43,175 nucleotides of DNA from Methanobacteriota archaeon (GTDB lineage Archaea > Thermoplasmatota > Poseidoniia > MGIII > CG-Epi1). The position numbers and the translations under genes are program-made. This document shows, one piece after another, positions 28,506 through 43,175 of the stretch. The stretch is taken from assembly GCA_016845825.1 (NCBI GenBank), contig JAERSJ010000155.1, forward strand, positions 1 through 43,175. Reading direction: 5' to 3'. The notes under the pieces were generated by a model. The model was not told the origin of the DNA and searched no databases. It saw nothing but the letters and a program-made list of their open reading frames with translations. The first letter of the stretch is position 1, and each line of letters opens with the position of its first letter.

Positions 28506-30398
28506 CTATAGGAAGCTGGATAATTTTTCTTTTAGACCATCAATTCCAAGGCCTTGGTGTAGTATTTGTTCTTCTTGCCCACAGTTGCCAGGCCTAGTAG
28601 TTCCCATGTAATCGTAATTTGGAGCGAATCCACGTTCCAATAACCATGTTCCAAAGCGAACTCCGAGCCCAGTCCTTGAGTTCAAACTTTCAACGACTAA
28701 AACAAAAGGAGATTTCCCTATTTTCTCCATTGTATCTTCATCCACTGAACTTAAGCTTGGTTTGTTTATCAATCCAACATTTATTCCATTTTCACGATAT
28801 TCTTCTACTACGTGCAAACATCTGTGTAGCATATCACCGTAAGATACAATCCAACCTGCATCCCCATCTCGTATGATTTCATCAGATCCAGGAGTAAATT
28901 CATACCCTTCACCATAGAAAGAGTTTCCATCAGAATTCAAAATTAATGGAGTCTTAGATCTATTTGAAAATACAAATCTTAATCCATGATCGTTGAATAT
29001 TCGTTTAATAATCGCATCCATTTGGTTTACATCTGCGGGGAAGTATAATCCAGTAGAACTTCCTTCTTCTACATAGTTATCAGCAAAGAAATTGTTTAGG
29101 CCAAAATGGCAAGTATTGTCAGACATATTATCCACACCTGCGTGTGAAAAATGAGCTAAAACATTGGCTTCGTTGAGTCTGGACATTGTTATTTCTGAAA
29201 TCACCATTTCCATAAATGCTGAAAATGTAGCAAAAATTCCTTGATGCCCTTCTTGTGATCCAAAACCAGCTGCAGCAAGATAATTTCCTCTTTCATGTAT
29301 TCCAGCTCTTGTGAAACATTCAGGGTAATTTTCTCTTACAGCAGTCAAACCTACAGAACCTTCTAAATCAGAATCAAAAGCATGAACTTTCTTTCTTTCA
29401 GAATCGCTCATTTCATTTAGCATACTAACGACAGAAGTTCCAAATTGTTTTCTGCAAGCACCTTTCTCTCCAGATCCTTTGAAAGTTTGGTTAGCTTTTG
29501 AATTGTATTCTTCAGCAGTTTCTTTTAATTGTTTAACAGCCTCATGATGGCCCTTGTTTTCTAAGTAAGTTATTCCAACATCTAATGGAATTACATCATG
29601 CAATTGACATTCACCTTCTAATTCAGGTATTCCAGGACCCATTTTTCTCTTACATATTACGGCTACAGGCCCTTTAGTTTGCATAGATTTTGAAATCGCA
29701 TCGAATAATTCAGAAAAGTTTTCTCCATCGCACGTAATCACTTGGAAGCCTTGACCTTCCAATGTTTTAGATACGCTGTATCCCTTCATGTACGTTTCAG
29801 GATTTCCTGCAATCGTCACATTATTATCATCAATAATCCATTTAACATTCAAATTATTAGCAACAGCCAATCGAGCAGCTTCAGCATTATTTCCCTCCAT
29901 CTGAGCCCCGTCAGAACCATACATCACAACACAGCTGTTTGGATTTGCAATTGCAACTCCGTTAACATGCCCTGCAGCATGGCCCAATCTTCCAGTGGAA
30001 AAATCAATACAATCTAACAACTCCGGTTCAGGATGTCCAGCTAATCCGGATCCATATTCTCTATAGTGCATCAGTTTTTCAGTAGGCATTTTGCCTCTGA
30101 TTGCTCCTCGAACATATTGTACAGCAGAGCGATGTCCAGCTTCATCAAAGAATTCATCATGAATTGCTTCTCCACCATCCCGAAGTGCATCAACAATGAG
30201 CACTTCAGGAACAATATCATACGGACCGCCAGTGTGTCCTCCAATCCCTTTAGCTCTGGCAAAAGCAGTAGTTGCTATTACAGCATCACGTACCAATTCA
30301 ATATTATTTTCAAGAGATTTCAGTTCAGAATCGGTTAACTCACGCTTGGCACTTAATTCTAAATTTACAAAACTATCAAAGCTTAATGGAAAAACCAT
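28506..30398 (-). CDS. Transketolase-like ThDP-dependent enzyme
   Basis: GGHTGG, AGH, L.GHPE, ThDP motif SDG..MEG...DDN, DSDLEGS, GI.E and TFSAF. Confidence 0.85.
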   Translation of the reverse strand: MVFPLSFDSFVNLELSAKRELTDSELKSLENNIELVRDAVIATTAFARAKGIGGHTGGPYDIVPEVLIVDALRDGGEAIHDEFFDEAGHRSAVQYVRGAIRGKMPTEKLMHYREYGSGLAGHPEPELLDCIDFSTGRLGHAAGHVNGVAIANPNSCVVMYGSDGAQMEGNNAEAARLAVANNLNVKWIIDDNNVTIAGNPETYMKGYSVSKTLEGQGFQVITCDGENFSELFDAISKSMQTKGPVAVICKRKMGPGIPELEGECQLHDVIPLDVGITYLENKGHHEAVKQLKETAEEYNSKANQTFKGSGEKGACRKQFGTSVVSMLNEMSDSERKKVHAFDSDLEGSVGLTAVRENYPECFTRAGIHERGNYLAAAGFGSQEGHQGIFATFSAFMEMVISEITMSRLNEANVLAHFSHAGVDNMSDNTCHFGLNNFFADNYVEEGSSTGLYFPADVNQMDAIIKRIFNDHGLRFVFSNRSKTPLILNSDGNSFYGEGYEFTPGSDEIIRDGDAGWIVSYGDMLHRCLHVVEEYRENGINVGLINKPSLSSVDEDTMEKIGKSPFVLVVESLNSRTGLGVRFGTWLLERGFAPNYDYMGTTRPGNCGQEEQILHQGLGIDGLKEKLSSFL

Positions 30399-30435
30399 AA
30401 AGCTCCATTTAGAAAGAGTCCTTAAACGTTCCGTA

Positions 30436-30723
30436 TTAATTTGCTTTTAGATTTAGAATATCTGATTTTCCACCATCTAAAATGGCTATGATAGAAACTG
30501 GGAAAGGCTTTCCACAAGCTGCACCCAAAACAGAGTTATTTCCGTTGAATGAATAAACCGGAGTTTCACCATCTTTAGCCTTAGCTACAGTTTCATCAGG
30601 ACAGTTTGACGATAAAATCACCAATTTTGCTGAACCTGAAGTTATTGCTTTAGTTGACTCATTTGCTCCTACAGACACTTTTCCAGTATCTATTGCAAGT
30701 CTAAGAGATTTGTTTAGATCCAT
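30436..30723 (-). CDS. rpl30e: 50S ribosomal protein L30e
   Basis: TGKV..G, LG.ACGKPF and G.SDI motifs; follows rpoA2. Confidence 0.96.
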   Translation of the reverse strand: MDLNKSLRLAIDTGKVSVGANESTKAITSGSAKLVILSSNCPDETVAKAKDGETPVYSFNGNNSVLGAACGKPFPVSIIAILDGGKSDILNLKAN

Positions 30724-35665
<4,942 letters not shown>

Positions 35666-35669
<4 letters not shown>

Positions 35670-38600
35670 GATAAATCCTCCAATCTTAATCTAGCAACGA
35701 TTCCAAGCGATTTCAATTCCTCTAGGAGCAATTTAAACGCATAGGACATAGAAACCGGATAAATGGAAGTATTATCTCCCATTGGAGAAGTTAGTACTCC
35801 TCTTCTATCCAAGTAACCAATGTGTCCGGATTGACTGTCTACGTATTGTACAGTTTTATCACTTTCATCAAGTAAACGATCTTTGATAACCATCGAAGCT
35901 CCATGAGCAATTAAACAATCACGTTCCATTTCTCCGAATCTCAATCCTCCCATTCTTGCACGACCTTCAGTAGGTTGTCTTGTTAGAAGCTGAACTGGTC
36001 CTCTTGATCTAGCATGCATTTTACCGGAAACCATATGGTGTAATTTTTGATAATAGATAACTCCAACAAAAATTTCAGCATCTATACGGCGACCTGTTTG
36101 ACCATCGTACAAAACTTCTCTTCCACTGTGTTTTAATCCATATTGTGACAATGCATCTCTCAAATCATTTTCTTTTTCACCAGAGAATGCACTACCGTCT
36201 ACAGCACGGCCTTCCATACTGCCTACTTTACCGCCTATCATTTCAAGAACGTGAGCAACAGTCATACGCGATGGAATAGCGTGAGGATTAATAATCAAAT
36301 CAGGAGTAATTCCGTCTTCAGTGAAAGGCATACCTTCAGGTGGAACCATGTGTCCAATAACTCCTTTCTGACCGTGTCTACTTGCAAATTTGTCTCCCAT
36401 CTCAGGAACACGCTGGTCCCTTACTCTAATTCTTGCAATTCTAGAACCGTTTTCAGTTTCAGAAAGCATAACCGAATCTACAGTACCTTTTTCACCATGT
36501 CTTACAGTCAGTGAAGATTCTCTAACTTTTTGAGGACTTAAGAAATCAGTAGGTTCAGCTAAAAATCTTGGAGGGCTAGTTTTACCAATCAAGACTTCTT
36601 TACCTTTCAAATCAATTTCAGGATAAATGAGTCCGTCTTCTTCAAGGTAGAAATAAGCTTCTTCAGAACGTGCACCGCGAACTTCAGGTCCTGGGATTAC
36701 AAATCGATCTTCCTGTCCACCAGGATATCTTCTTTCCTCAGACATATATGTTCTAACGAAAGTAGACCTTCCAGTTCCACGGTCTATTGAACCGCGGTTG
36801 AAAATCAAAGCATCTTCCATGTTATATCCATGATAAGACATAACAGCAACAACTAAATTTTGTCCAGCAGGCCTTGCTCTTAGAGTGTTATATTTCATGG
36901 CTTCAGTTTGAAGCATAGGTCTTTGTGCATAATGCAGTAAATGTCCTCTGGTATCAGGCCTTATTCTGTAATTTGCTTGACCCATACCTAAAGACTGTTT
37001 TGACATACCTGCACCCATTGTACATCTTGGAGCAGAATTGTGCTCAGGGAATGGAACATTAGACGTAGCAACTCCCAAAATAGTTAGTGGATCTACTTCC
37101 ATGTGTGTGTAGGAATGCGTCTTCTTTTTCTCGGTCAAATAATCTGTATTTAATGCAATTAGACAATTTTCTTCTTCTTCAGCATCGATATATTCAATGA
37201 CTCCCTTGTCTATCAAGTCTTCCCAGACTAATTTACCACTCTTTAAAGCTTCGATATCGCTATCTTTAATGGCTAATTTATTTCCTCTTTTTGTAATCAT
37301 CAACGGCCTTCTTATTCTACCAGGATCACTATTGATAATCACATCATTCAAAGAATCGTCATATCTTACATTAACGACATTGCTGATTAGGCCCTGTCTT
37401 CTTCTTTGAATCATTTCTTTTACAAGATCGGTAGGTGCTTTGTGAGCCCCAATCAAATCTCCATTAAAGTAAACTTTACCCCAAGCAGGCTTTGCTTTAT
37501 CTATGTCTTGAATATCTAAATTAGCAATGGAGTCCATTATGATTTGATTTGGCACATTCTCAGAAACATCAACCATTAATGCTAAATTTTTAACCAAACC
37601 ACAGTTTTGCCCCTCAGGAGTTTCGTTAGGACATAACCTACCAAATTGAGTAGGATGCAAATCACGAGCTTCGAAGTGAGGCTGAGATCTAGTTAATGGA
37701 GAAATAACTCTTCGCAAATGTGACAAAGTAGACATATTACATGTCCTATCTAACAACTGTGAAACACCTGCGCGTCCCCCGGTCCAGTTACCAGTCGCCA
37801 TTGCGTGCATAATTTTGTTTGTTAAAACATCTCTTCTTACTGCATGGTGAACTCTATTCTCTTTTCTTTTAGAGTACGAGCGTTCCATTTGGTATTTCAT
37901 GTCATTTAGTAAAGCTTGAAGCCCAGAACGGAATAATTCTTCCATTAAGTTCCCAGCTAATTTTAATCTTTTATTTGCGTAGTGATCTTTATCATCAGGT
38001 TTTCGATCTCCTACGTGTAATTCTAGAACTTCTCTCGACATACGTCCAAGGAAAACAGCCTTTTTCATTCTTGAGTCTTCTGTAGTACTCAAGTGAGGTA
38101 GTAAGGTGTTATCCAAGATGTAGTTAATTCTCTTCTTTCTGTATTCTTTAGATTGCCCTGCAGCAAATCTTCTTTCTAAATATTCCAATGCTTCTTGTGT
38201 AGTGTAAATTCCTTCTTCATTATGCACTTCCTCAATATTAGCTAAAATTAAATTTTGTAAATCTTTGTTATCTGTAATTGCAGCCATTATGTCATCTGCA
38301 GATTCCATTCCAAGCGCCATTAGTAAAATCGCAAGAGGTACTTGTCCAGATGCAACGGGAATTGACACAGACAGAATACCATCTTTCTTCTTTTCGACAA
38401 CTGTTAAAGCACGGAAACCTTCCCTTTGCGAGAAAACTTTTGCTAACTCAGTTTGTCTTTGGTATCTTTCCTCTTGTTCTACCATTACACGGTTAGGTGC
38501 TAAATCTTCAAGACATACAAGAACACGTTCGGTTCCATTTACAATAAAGTAACCGCCAGGATCCATAGGATCTTCAGATTTTGCCTTTAGTCCCTCACGA

Positions 38601-39085
38601 TACTCAGCATCGCTAGAACCTTCCCCAGTCAAAAAGTTTCTGTGAAGATTACAAAGAATAGATTTTACCATAACAGGCATATTTCCTATTTCTTCCTCTA
38701 CTTCTTCAATTTCTATTCCTTCTTCAACAATTGTAAAATTTAAGTAAATTGGAGCTGCGTACGTCATATTCCTTAGACGTGCCATCATAGGAATGGAGTC
38801 AGTTTGAGAACCATTTGCCTCGTATACCATAGGCCTTCCGATTCTTATTTTTCCTAGATTAACGATTACATCTAAGTCACCTAATTCTAGGCGTATTGCC
38901 CCTCTTAGTGATTCATCAGCACCCACAGAAATATTGTCAACAACTCTCTGCATCCATGGTGCTTGGTTTTTGTCGTGCGGTAAGAAATCGTTAAAAGAAC
39001 CCAATTGGTGATTTACTAATGCAGCACTTGGTCCGGAAACACTACGGCTATCAAAGAAACCTTTGATTAATGCACGGGAATTCAT
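35666..39085 (-). CDS. rpoB: RNA polymerase subunit Rpo2 (B), unsplit
   Basis: GGYFIVNG, ETPEG, GDKFASRHGQKG and GGLRFGEMERDC motifs. Confidence 0.99.
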
Positions 39086-39327
39086 TCTTCCACCACCAAT
39101 CGGTATGCGAGGTTACTGCCTGCACTTTCACTAAAACGATGAACTTCTACAACGTCATTTGGTTTAGCCTCTTCATCCAATGCTTTCAAAGCAGGATCTT
39201 TCAAAAGTATTTTAGGCAATTGATCTCTAGTAATATTCAAAGGACTTAGCTTTCCTTCAATTTCAGATTCCTTAAGCAAAATGTGCTTCGGTACGAGCTT
39301 GTTTAACCACAGTATGTTGTCGTTCAT
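39082..39327 (-). CDS. rpoH: RNA polymerase subunit Rpo5 (H)
   Basis: LVPKH, QLPKI...DP and YRLVV motifs. Confidence 0.95.
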   Translation of the reverse strand: MNDNILWLNKLVPKHILLKESEIEGKLSPLNITRDQLPKILLKDPALKALDEEAKPNDVVEVHRFSESAGSNLAYRLVVEE

Positions 39328-39354
39328 TTTGGCATCCTTTTTTCCAAATCATTA

Positions 39355-39431
39355 TGGCGGGCCTGAAGGGATTCGAACCCTTGGCCGTCCGGTTAAAAGC
39401 CGGACGCTCTACCTAGCTGAGCTACAGGCCC
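39355..39431 (-). tRNA. tRNA-Lys(TTT), CCA encoded
   Basis: Acceptor stem GGGCCTG/CAGGCCC, then G-CCA; anticodon arm TCCGG-CTTTTAA-CCGGA; GTTCGAATC. Confidence 0.97.
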
Positions 39432-39486
39432 TACTGTTCGCTAACCGTTAGATTAATGATATTGGAGCTTGTGGCCAGTCGGGTGG

Positions 39487-39495
39487 TTTATATAA
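39487..39495 (-). promoter_or_regulatory. TATA box, probably for tRNA-Lys and the rpo operon
   Basis: TTATATAAA on the minus strand, about 55 nt upstream of the mature tRNA 5' end. Confidence 0.45.
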
Positions 39496-39666
39496 CATCT
39501 ATTCCAAAATAGCTTATTTTTCTAGTTTAAACACGATTTTAGCACAAAATATTGCGTTTGATAAAGCTTTTATCATATTTCAAATATTAAATTAAGGAAG
39601 TAGTATTTAAAAGAGGTGGTTTTCAAAAGAAGCGGTAATACTTATGTCAGCCCCTCTTAACCAATC

Positions 39667-40860
39667 ATGCCTAAAGTAGCTTTTTTGACAAGCGGTGGAA
39701 TCGCACCCTGCCTATCTGCATCAATAGGAGGACTAATCGAAAAATATAATGAGTTAGATCCGAATATTGAGATGGTAGGATACATGCATGGTTACCGAGG
39801 CCTTCTTCTCGGGAAATCGGTTGTTTTTTCCAATGAAGTAAAAAAGAATTATCAAGTTTTGTACGATTTTGGTGGAAGTCCGATTGGCAATAGCCGAGTT
39901 AAATTGACTAACGTTGAAGATTGTATAAAAAAAGGATTTGTTGAAGAAGGAGAAAATCCACTGGATGTAGCTGCAAAACAATTAGAAAAAGATGAGATAG
40001 ATATTTTGCATACAATTGGTGGAGATGATACAAACACAATGGCAGCAGCTCTGGCCAAGCACTTAGAAAATTCTGGTAAATCGCTAACAGTGGTGGGCCT
40101 TCCAAAGACTGTTGATAACGATGTTATTCCAGTTAAGCAAACATTAGGGGCGTGGACTGCAGCTGAACAAGGTGCTAGATTTTTCCAAAATATTGTTAAC
40201 GAAAATACTACAAGCCGTAGACAATTAATTATTCACGAAGTCATGGGAAGGCATTGTGGATGGCTAACCGCAGGAACTGCATTGGAATACAGGAAACTTT
40301 TAGACAAAAAAGAGTATTTGCCAGAATTATTTGTCTCAAAAAAGAGGTGGGATGTACATGCAGTTTATATTCCAGAAAAAAATATTGATTTTAAATCTGA
40401 ATCTGTAAGACTTCGCGAGATAATGGATGAAAATGATTGTGTTAACATATTTTTGAGTGAAGGTGCAGGTATGGATACGATTGTTAGAGAAATCGAATCA
40501 AGAGGAGAATCAGTACCAAGAGATGCTTTTGGACATGTAAGACTGGATGACATTAATCCTGGACAATGGTTTGCTAAACAATTTTCTGAAGCTTTAGATG
40601 CAGATAAAACATTAATTCAGAAGAGCGGTTATTTTGCAAGATCGGCTAAACCAGGTTCAAGAGATTTGGAATTGATAAAAAAATCAGCATTTATGGCAGC
40701 CGAATTGGCAATTAACGGACAGAGCGGCTTAGTAGGACTTGATGAAAATAATTCAGGAAATTTGGGCTTGATTGACTTACAATTGATAAAAGGTGGAAAA
40801 GAATTCGATACTTCACAACCTTGGTTCGTAGACTTATTAAAAGAAATTGGTCAAGAATAA
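39667..40860 (+). CDS. pfp: Pyrophosphate-dependent phosphofructokinase
   Basis: PPi-specific signatures GGDDT and PKTVDND; MGR and QKSGYFARS motifs. Confidence 0.92.
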   Translation: MPKVAFLTSGGIAPCLSASIGGLIEKYNELDPNIEMVGYMHGYRGLLLGKSVVFSNEVKKNYQVLYDFGGSPIGNSRVKLTNVEDCIKKGFVEEGENPLDVAAKQLEKDEIDILHTIGGDDTNTMAAALAKHLENSGKSLTVVGLPKTVDNDVIPVKQTLGAWTAAEQGARFFQNIVNENTTSRRQLIIHEVMGRHCGWLTAGTALEYRKLLDKKEYLPELFVSKKRWDVHAVYIPEKNIDFKSESVRLREIMDENDCVNIFLSEGAGMDTIVREIESRGESVPRDAFGHVRLDDINPGQWFAKQFSEALDADKTLIQKSGYFARSAKPGSRDLELIKKSAFMAAELAINGQSGLVGLDENNSGNLGLIDLQLIKGGKEFDTSQPWFVDLLKEIGQE

Positions 40861-40896
40861 CCCCTAATTGTTTTATTGAGGCCGTTTTGCGAGGTT

Positions 40897-41910
40897 ATGA
40901 ATAAAGAAAGTTTAGCTAAAGTCGCAAGTGGTATTGTCGCTTCTAATAGAGGAATTTTGGCAGCTGACGAAAGCACCCCTACTATGGGTAAAAGATTGGC
41001 TTTAATCGATCAGGAAAACACTGAAGAAAATAGGAGAGATTTCCGTCAAGCCTTGTTCGATACAGATGGAGTTGAAGATTACATTTCTGGAGTTATATTA
41101 TTTGAAGAAACATTAACACAAAAAGCTAAGGATGGAACTCGTCTTTCAAATATTTTAGAATCTAAGGGAATTTATCCTGGAATTAAGGTTGACAAAGGAG
41201 CCCACCCTATGGATTCTTCACCTTCTGAAAAGTTAACAAAAGGCTTGGATGGTTTATACGAAAGGTGCTTAGAATATCACAAGCAGGGAGCTCGATTTGC
41301 GAAGTGGAGAGCAGTAATTACAATTGGAGAAGGAATCCCTTCAGATGAATGTATTCAGGCCAATGCATCAGCCCTAGCAAAATATGCAAAAGCTTGTCAA
41401 GATGCAGAATTAGTTCCTATAGTTGAACCTGAAGTTTTAATGGATGGAGATCACACAATTGAGACATGTTACGAAGTTTCTGAAAAGACATTGAAGACTG
41501 TTTTCAAAGAGCTAGAAAACGAAGGCGTCTATTTGCCAGGAATTTTATTGAAACCAAATATGGTAATATCAGGAAGTGAGTGTAAAGTTCAAGGAGATAT
41601 GATGAAGGTTGCAGAAATGACAGTTAAGTGCCTCACAGCTTCAGTACCTGCTGAAGTTCCAGGAATAGTATTCTTATCAGGCGGCCAATCTGAAGTAGAA
41701 GCTACAGAACACTTGAATGCGATGAACAAAATGGGAGATCATCCATGGGCTTTGAGTTTTTCATATGGTAGAGCATTACAGCAATCAGCATTGAAAACAT
41801 GGAATGGCCAAAAGGATAATCTTGAATCCACATATGCAGTATTTCATCACAGGGCAGAAATGAACTCTTTGGCTTGTAGTGGCGAATATAGTTCATCACT
41901 AGAAATTTAA
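40897..41910 (+). CDS. Class I fructose-bisphosphate aldolase (eukaryote/bacterial 'Glycolytic' type)
   Basis: GILAADES, GIKVDKG, FAKWR, PIVEPE, LLKPNM (Schiff-base Lys) and FSYGRALQ; ATG 40897 follows GAGGT. Confidence 0.93.
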   Translation: MNKESLAKVASGIVASNRGILAADESTPTMGKRLALIDQENTEENRRDFRQALFDTDGVEDYISGVILFEETLTQKAKDGTRLSNILESKGIYPGIKVDKGAHPMDSSPSEKLTKGLDGLYERCLEYHKQGARFAKWRAVITIGEGIPSDECIQANASALAKYAKACQDAELVPIVEPEVLMDGDHTIETCYEVSEKTLKTVFKELENEGVYLPGILLKPNMVISGSECKVQGDMMKVAEMTVKCLTASVPAEVPGIVFLSGGQSEVEATEHLNAMNKMGDHPWALSFSYGRALQQSALKTWNGQKDNLESTYAVFHHRAEMNSLACSGEYSSSLEI

Positions 41911-41914
41911 AAAT

Positions 41915-42955
41915 ATGAAAAAAATGACCCTAATTGTAATCGCCATGCTCTTGGTAACAGGCGCAAGCGGTGCATATGGGTATTTTTTCATTTACCAATC
42001 AGAGGATTCTGATGAGGTAGAAGTTCAACAAGAACAGGTTCAGGAAACAAATGATACTGCAGAGGAGGAACCAGAAGAGCCCGAAGAGCCTGAGGACCCT
42101 CCAGTTGAGGATAATAATTCTTTTTTTAGAGGATTACGAGATGAATGCTTTGAGCATAATGGAATTGAGAGGTGCTGGATTCTCTATGTTCCAGAGCAGA
42201 CTGATGAAACAAAATCAATACCTTTGATATTTGATTTACATGGATTAGAAAGAAATGCACAGCAGCAGTACAATATGACAGATATGGATAGGATCGCAAG
42301 AGAAAATAATGCCATCATAATTTATCCTCAAGGATTTGGAGATTCTTGGAACTTTAGAGCTTGCTGCGATCCAGCCAGAGAAGAAGGAATAGATGATTTT
42401 GGTTTCATACGTACTTTAGCTTTACAAACCATAGATAATTTCCCTATCGATTCAGATAGAGTTTATTCTACAGGTTGGTCTAATGGTTGCGCAATGTCCC
42501 AAGCACTTGCAAATGAAGAATCTGATTTGATAACAGCAGTTGCTTGTATGTCAATGTATTTCATTGGAGATCAAGATTCTAGCTATTCACCAATACCTAT
42601 TATGGAGATTCATGGATTTTTAGATCCAATTGCGCCTTATGCTCATGTAGGTCCTACAGGCTTCTTCTTCCAACAAGAAACTTGGAATACGGGCGCAGTT
42701 CAAAATTTGTATGCTTGGAAAGATATGAATGGATGTTCAGGCAATACTCCAGACTTGAATGAACAAGAAGTATATTACAATATTCAGGGATTTACAGATT
42801 GTGATAATGGTACTGAAGTGTCTCTTGTTACAATTCATGCAGGAACGCACAATATTTATGCAAAAAATGACCCCGAATCTTCTGAACCGGGAACTCAGGG
42901 GACTGTAGATACAGCTCAAATTGCCTGGGATTTCATGAGCAGATTCTCCAAATAA
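41915..42955 (+). CDS. Membrane-anchored PHB-depolymerase/LpqC-like esterase
   Basis: N-terminal anchor, EEP linker; LHG, YPQG, WN..CC, DD.GF, GWSNG, HG..D motifs and late His. Confidence 0.85.
   Translation: MKKMTLIVIAMLLVTGASGAYGYFFIYQSEDSDEVEVQQEQVQETNDTAEEEPEEPEEPEDPPVEDNNSFFRGLRDECFEHNGIERCWILYVPEQTDETKSIPLIFDLHGLERNAQQQYNMTDMDRIARENNAIIIYPQGFGDSWNFRACCDPAREEGIDDFGFIRTLALQTIDNFPIDSDRVYSTGWSNGCAMSQALANEESDLITAVACMSMYFIGDQDSSYSPIPIMEIHGFLDPIAPYAHVGPTGFFFQQETWNTGAVQNLYAWKDMNGCSGNTPDLNEQEVYYNIQGFTDCDNGTEVSLVTIHAGTHNIYAKNDPESSEPGTQGTVDTAQIAWDFMSRFSK
42064..42102 (+). repeat. Coding tandem repeat (EEP)x3 plus EDP, acting as a linker
   Basis: Degenerate 9-nt units GAGGAACCA GAAGAGCCC GAAGAGCCT GAGGACCCT. 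Confidence 0.7.
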
Positions 42956-42989
42956 TAAATCTTATATTTGCCTGTAGGTGTTATTTAGC

Positions 42990-43175
42990 ATGGGTACTGA
43001 AAAGAAAGTTAAACTTTCAGAAGGAGAGGCTCTCAAAAATAAAGATGCCAAAGGCTCAGATAAAAAAGTCCAAATTTGGATTCCCAAGTCTACAATAGCT
43101 TACGAAGAAGAAAAATTAAAATTACAAATTGAACTTTTAAAATTGCAAAATCATGTTAAAAAAACAGGTCAGAGG
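42990..43175 (+). CDS. ppk2: Polyphosphate kinase 2, N-terminal part (runs off the window; not in ORF track)
   Basis: Manual translation ends ...YEEEKLKLQIELLKLQNHVKKTGQR, matching the YE.E...LQ.EL.KLQ..V..TGQR helix that precedes the PPK2 Walker A. Confidence 0.8.
   Translation, partial: MGTEKKVKLSEGEALKNKDAKGSDKKVQIWIPKSTIAYEEEKLKLQIELLKLQNHVKKTGQR

Overview
AT-rich, gene-dense core-chromosome segment from an archaeon. It is most likely a marine Thermoplasmatota (Poseidoniia, MG-II/MG-III-like). This placement is inferred from the unsplit Rpo2, N-terminally extended Rpo1C, archaeal RadA/Top6A/aIF5B/TgtA, CCA-encoding tRNAs, bacterial-type PlsC and secreted S8/CARDB proteins. Contents: the rpoH-rpoB-rpoA1-rpoA2-rpl30e operon, an RPA-RPA-radA operon divergent from a single-OB SSB, CopA/CopZ, two tRNAs, lipid-related enzymes, and a PPi-PFK / class I aldolase / esterase / PPK2 cluster. 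No mobile element, CRISPR array or rRNA was seen. Three observations stand out. (1) Structural zinc-binding cysteines are lost at five sites in four housekeeping proteins (RPA, TgtA, Rpo1N twice, Rpo2), while Cu-binding CxxC motifs and extracellular cysteines are kept; this suggests a zinc-sparing proteome. (2) A single 1181-codon ORF fuses an extracellular subtilase to an AmpG-like MFS transporter. (3) RNA polymerase subunit A'' carries about 370 extra N-terminal residues (HhH-like, possible PUA/EVE-like, HhH-like, basic tract). All family assignments come from motif recognition by eye, not from database searches.
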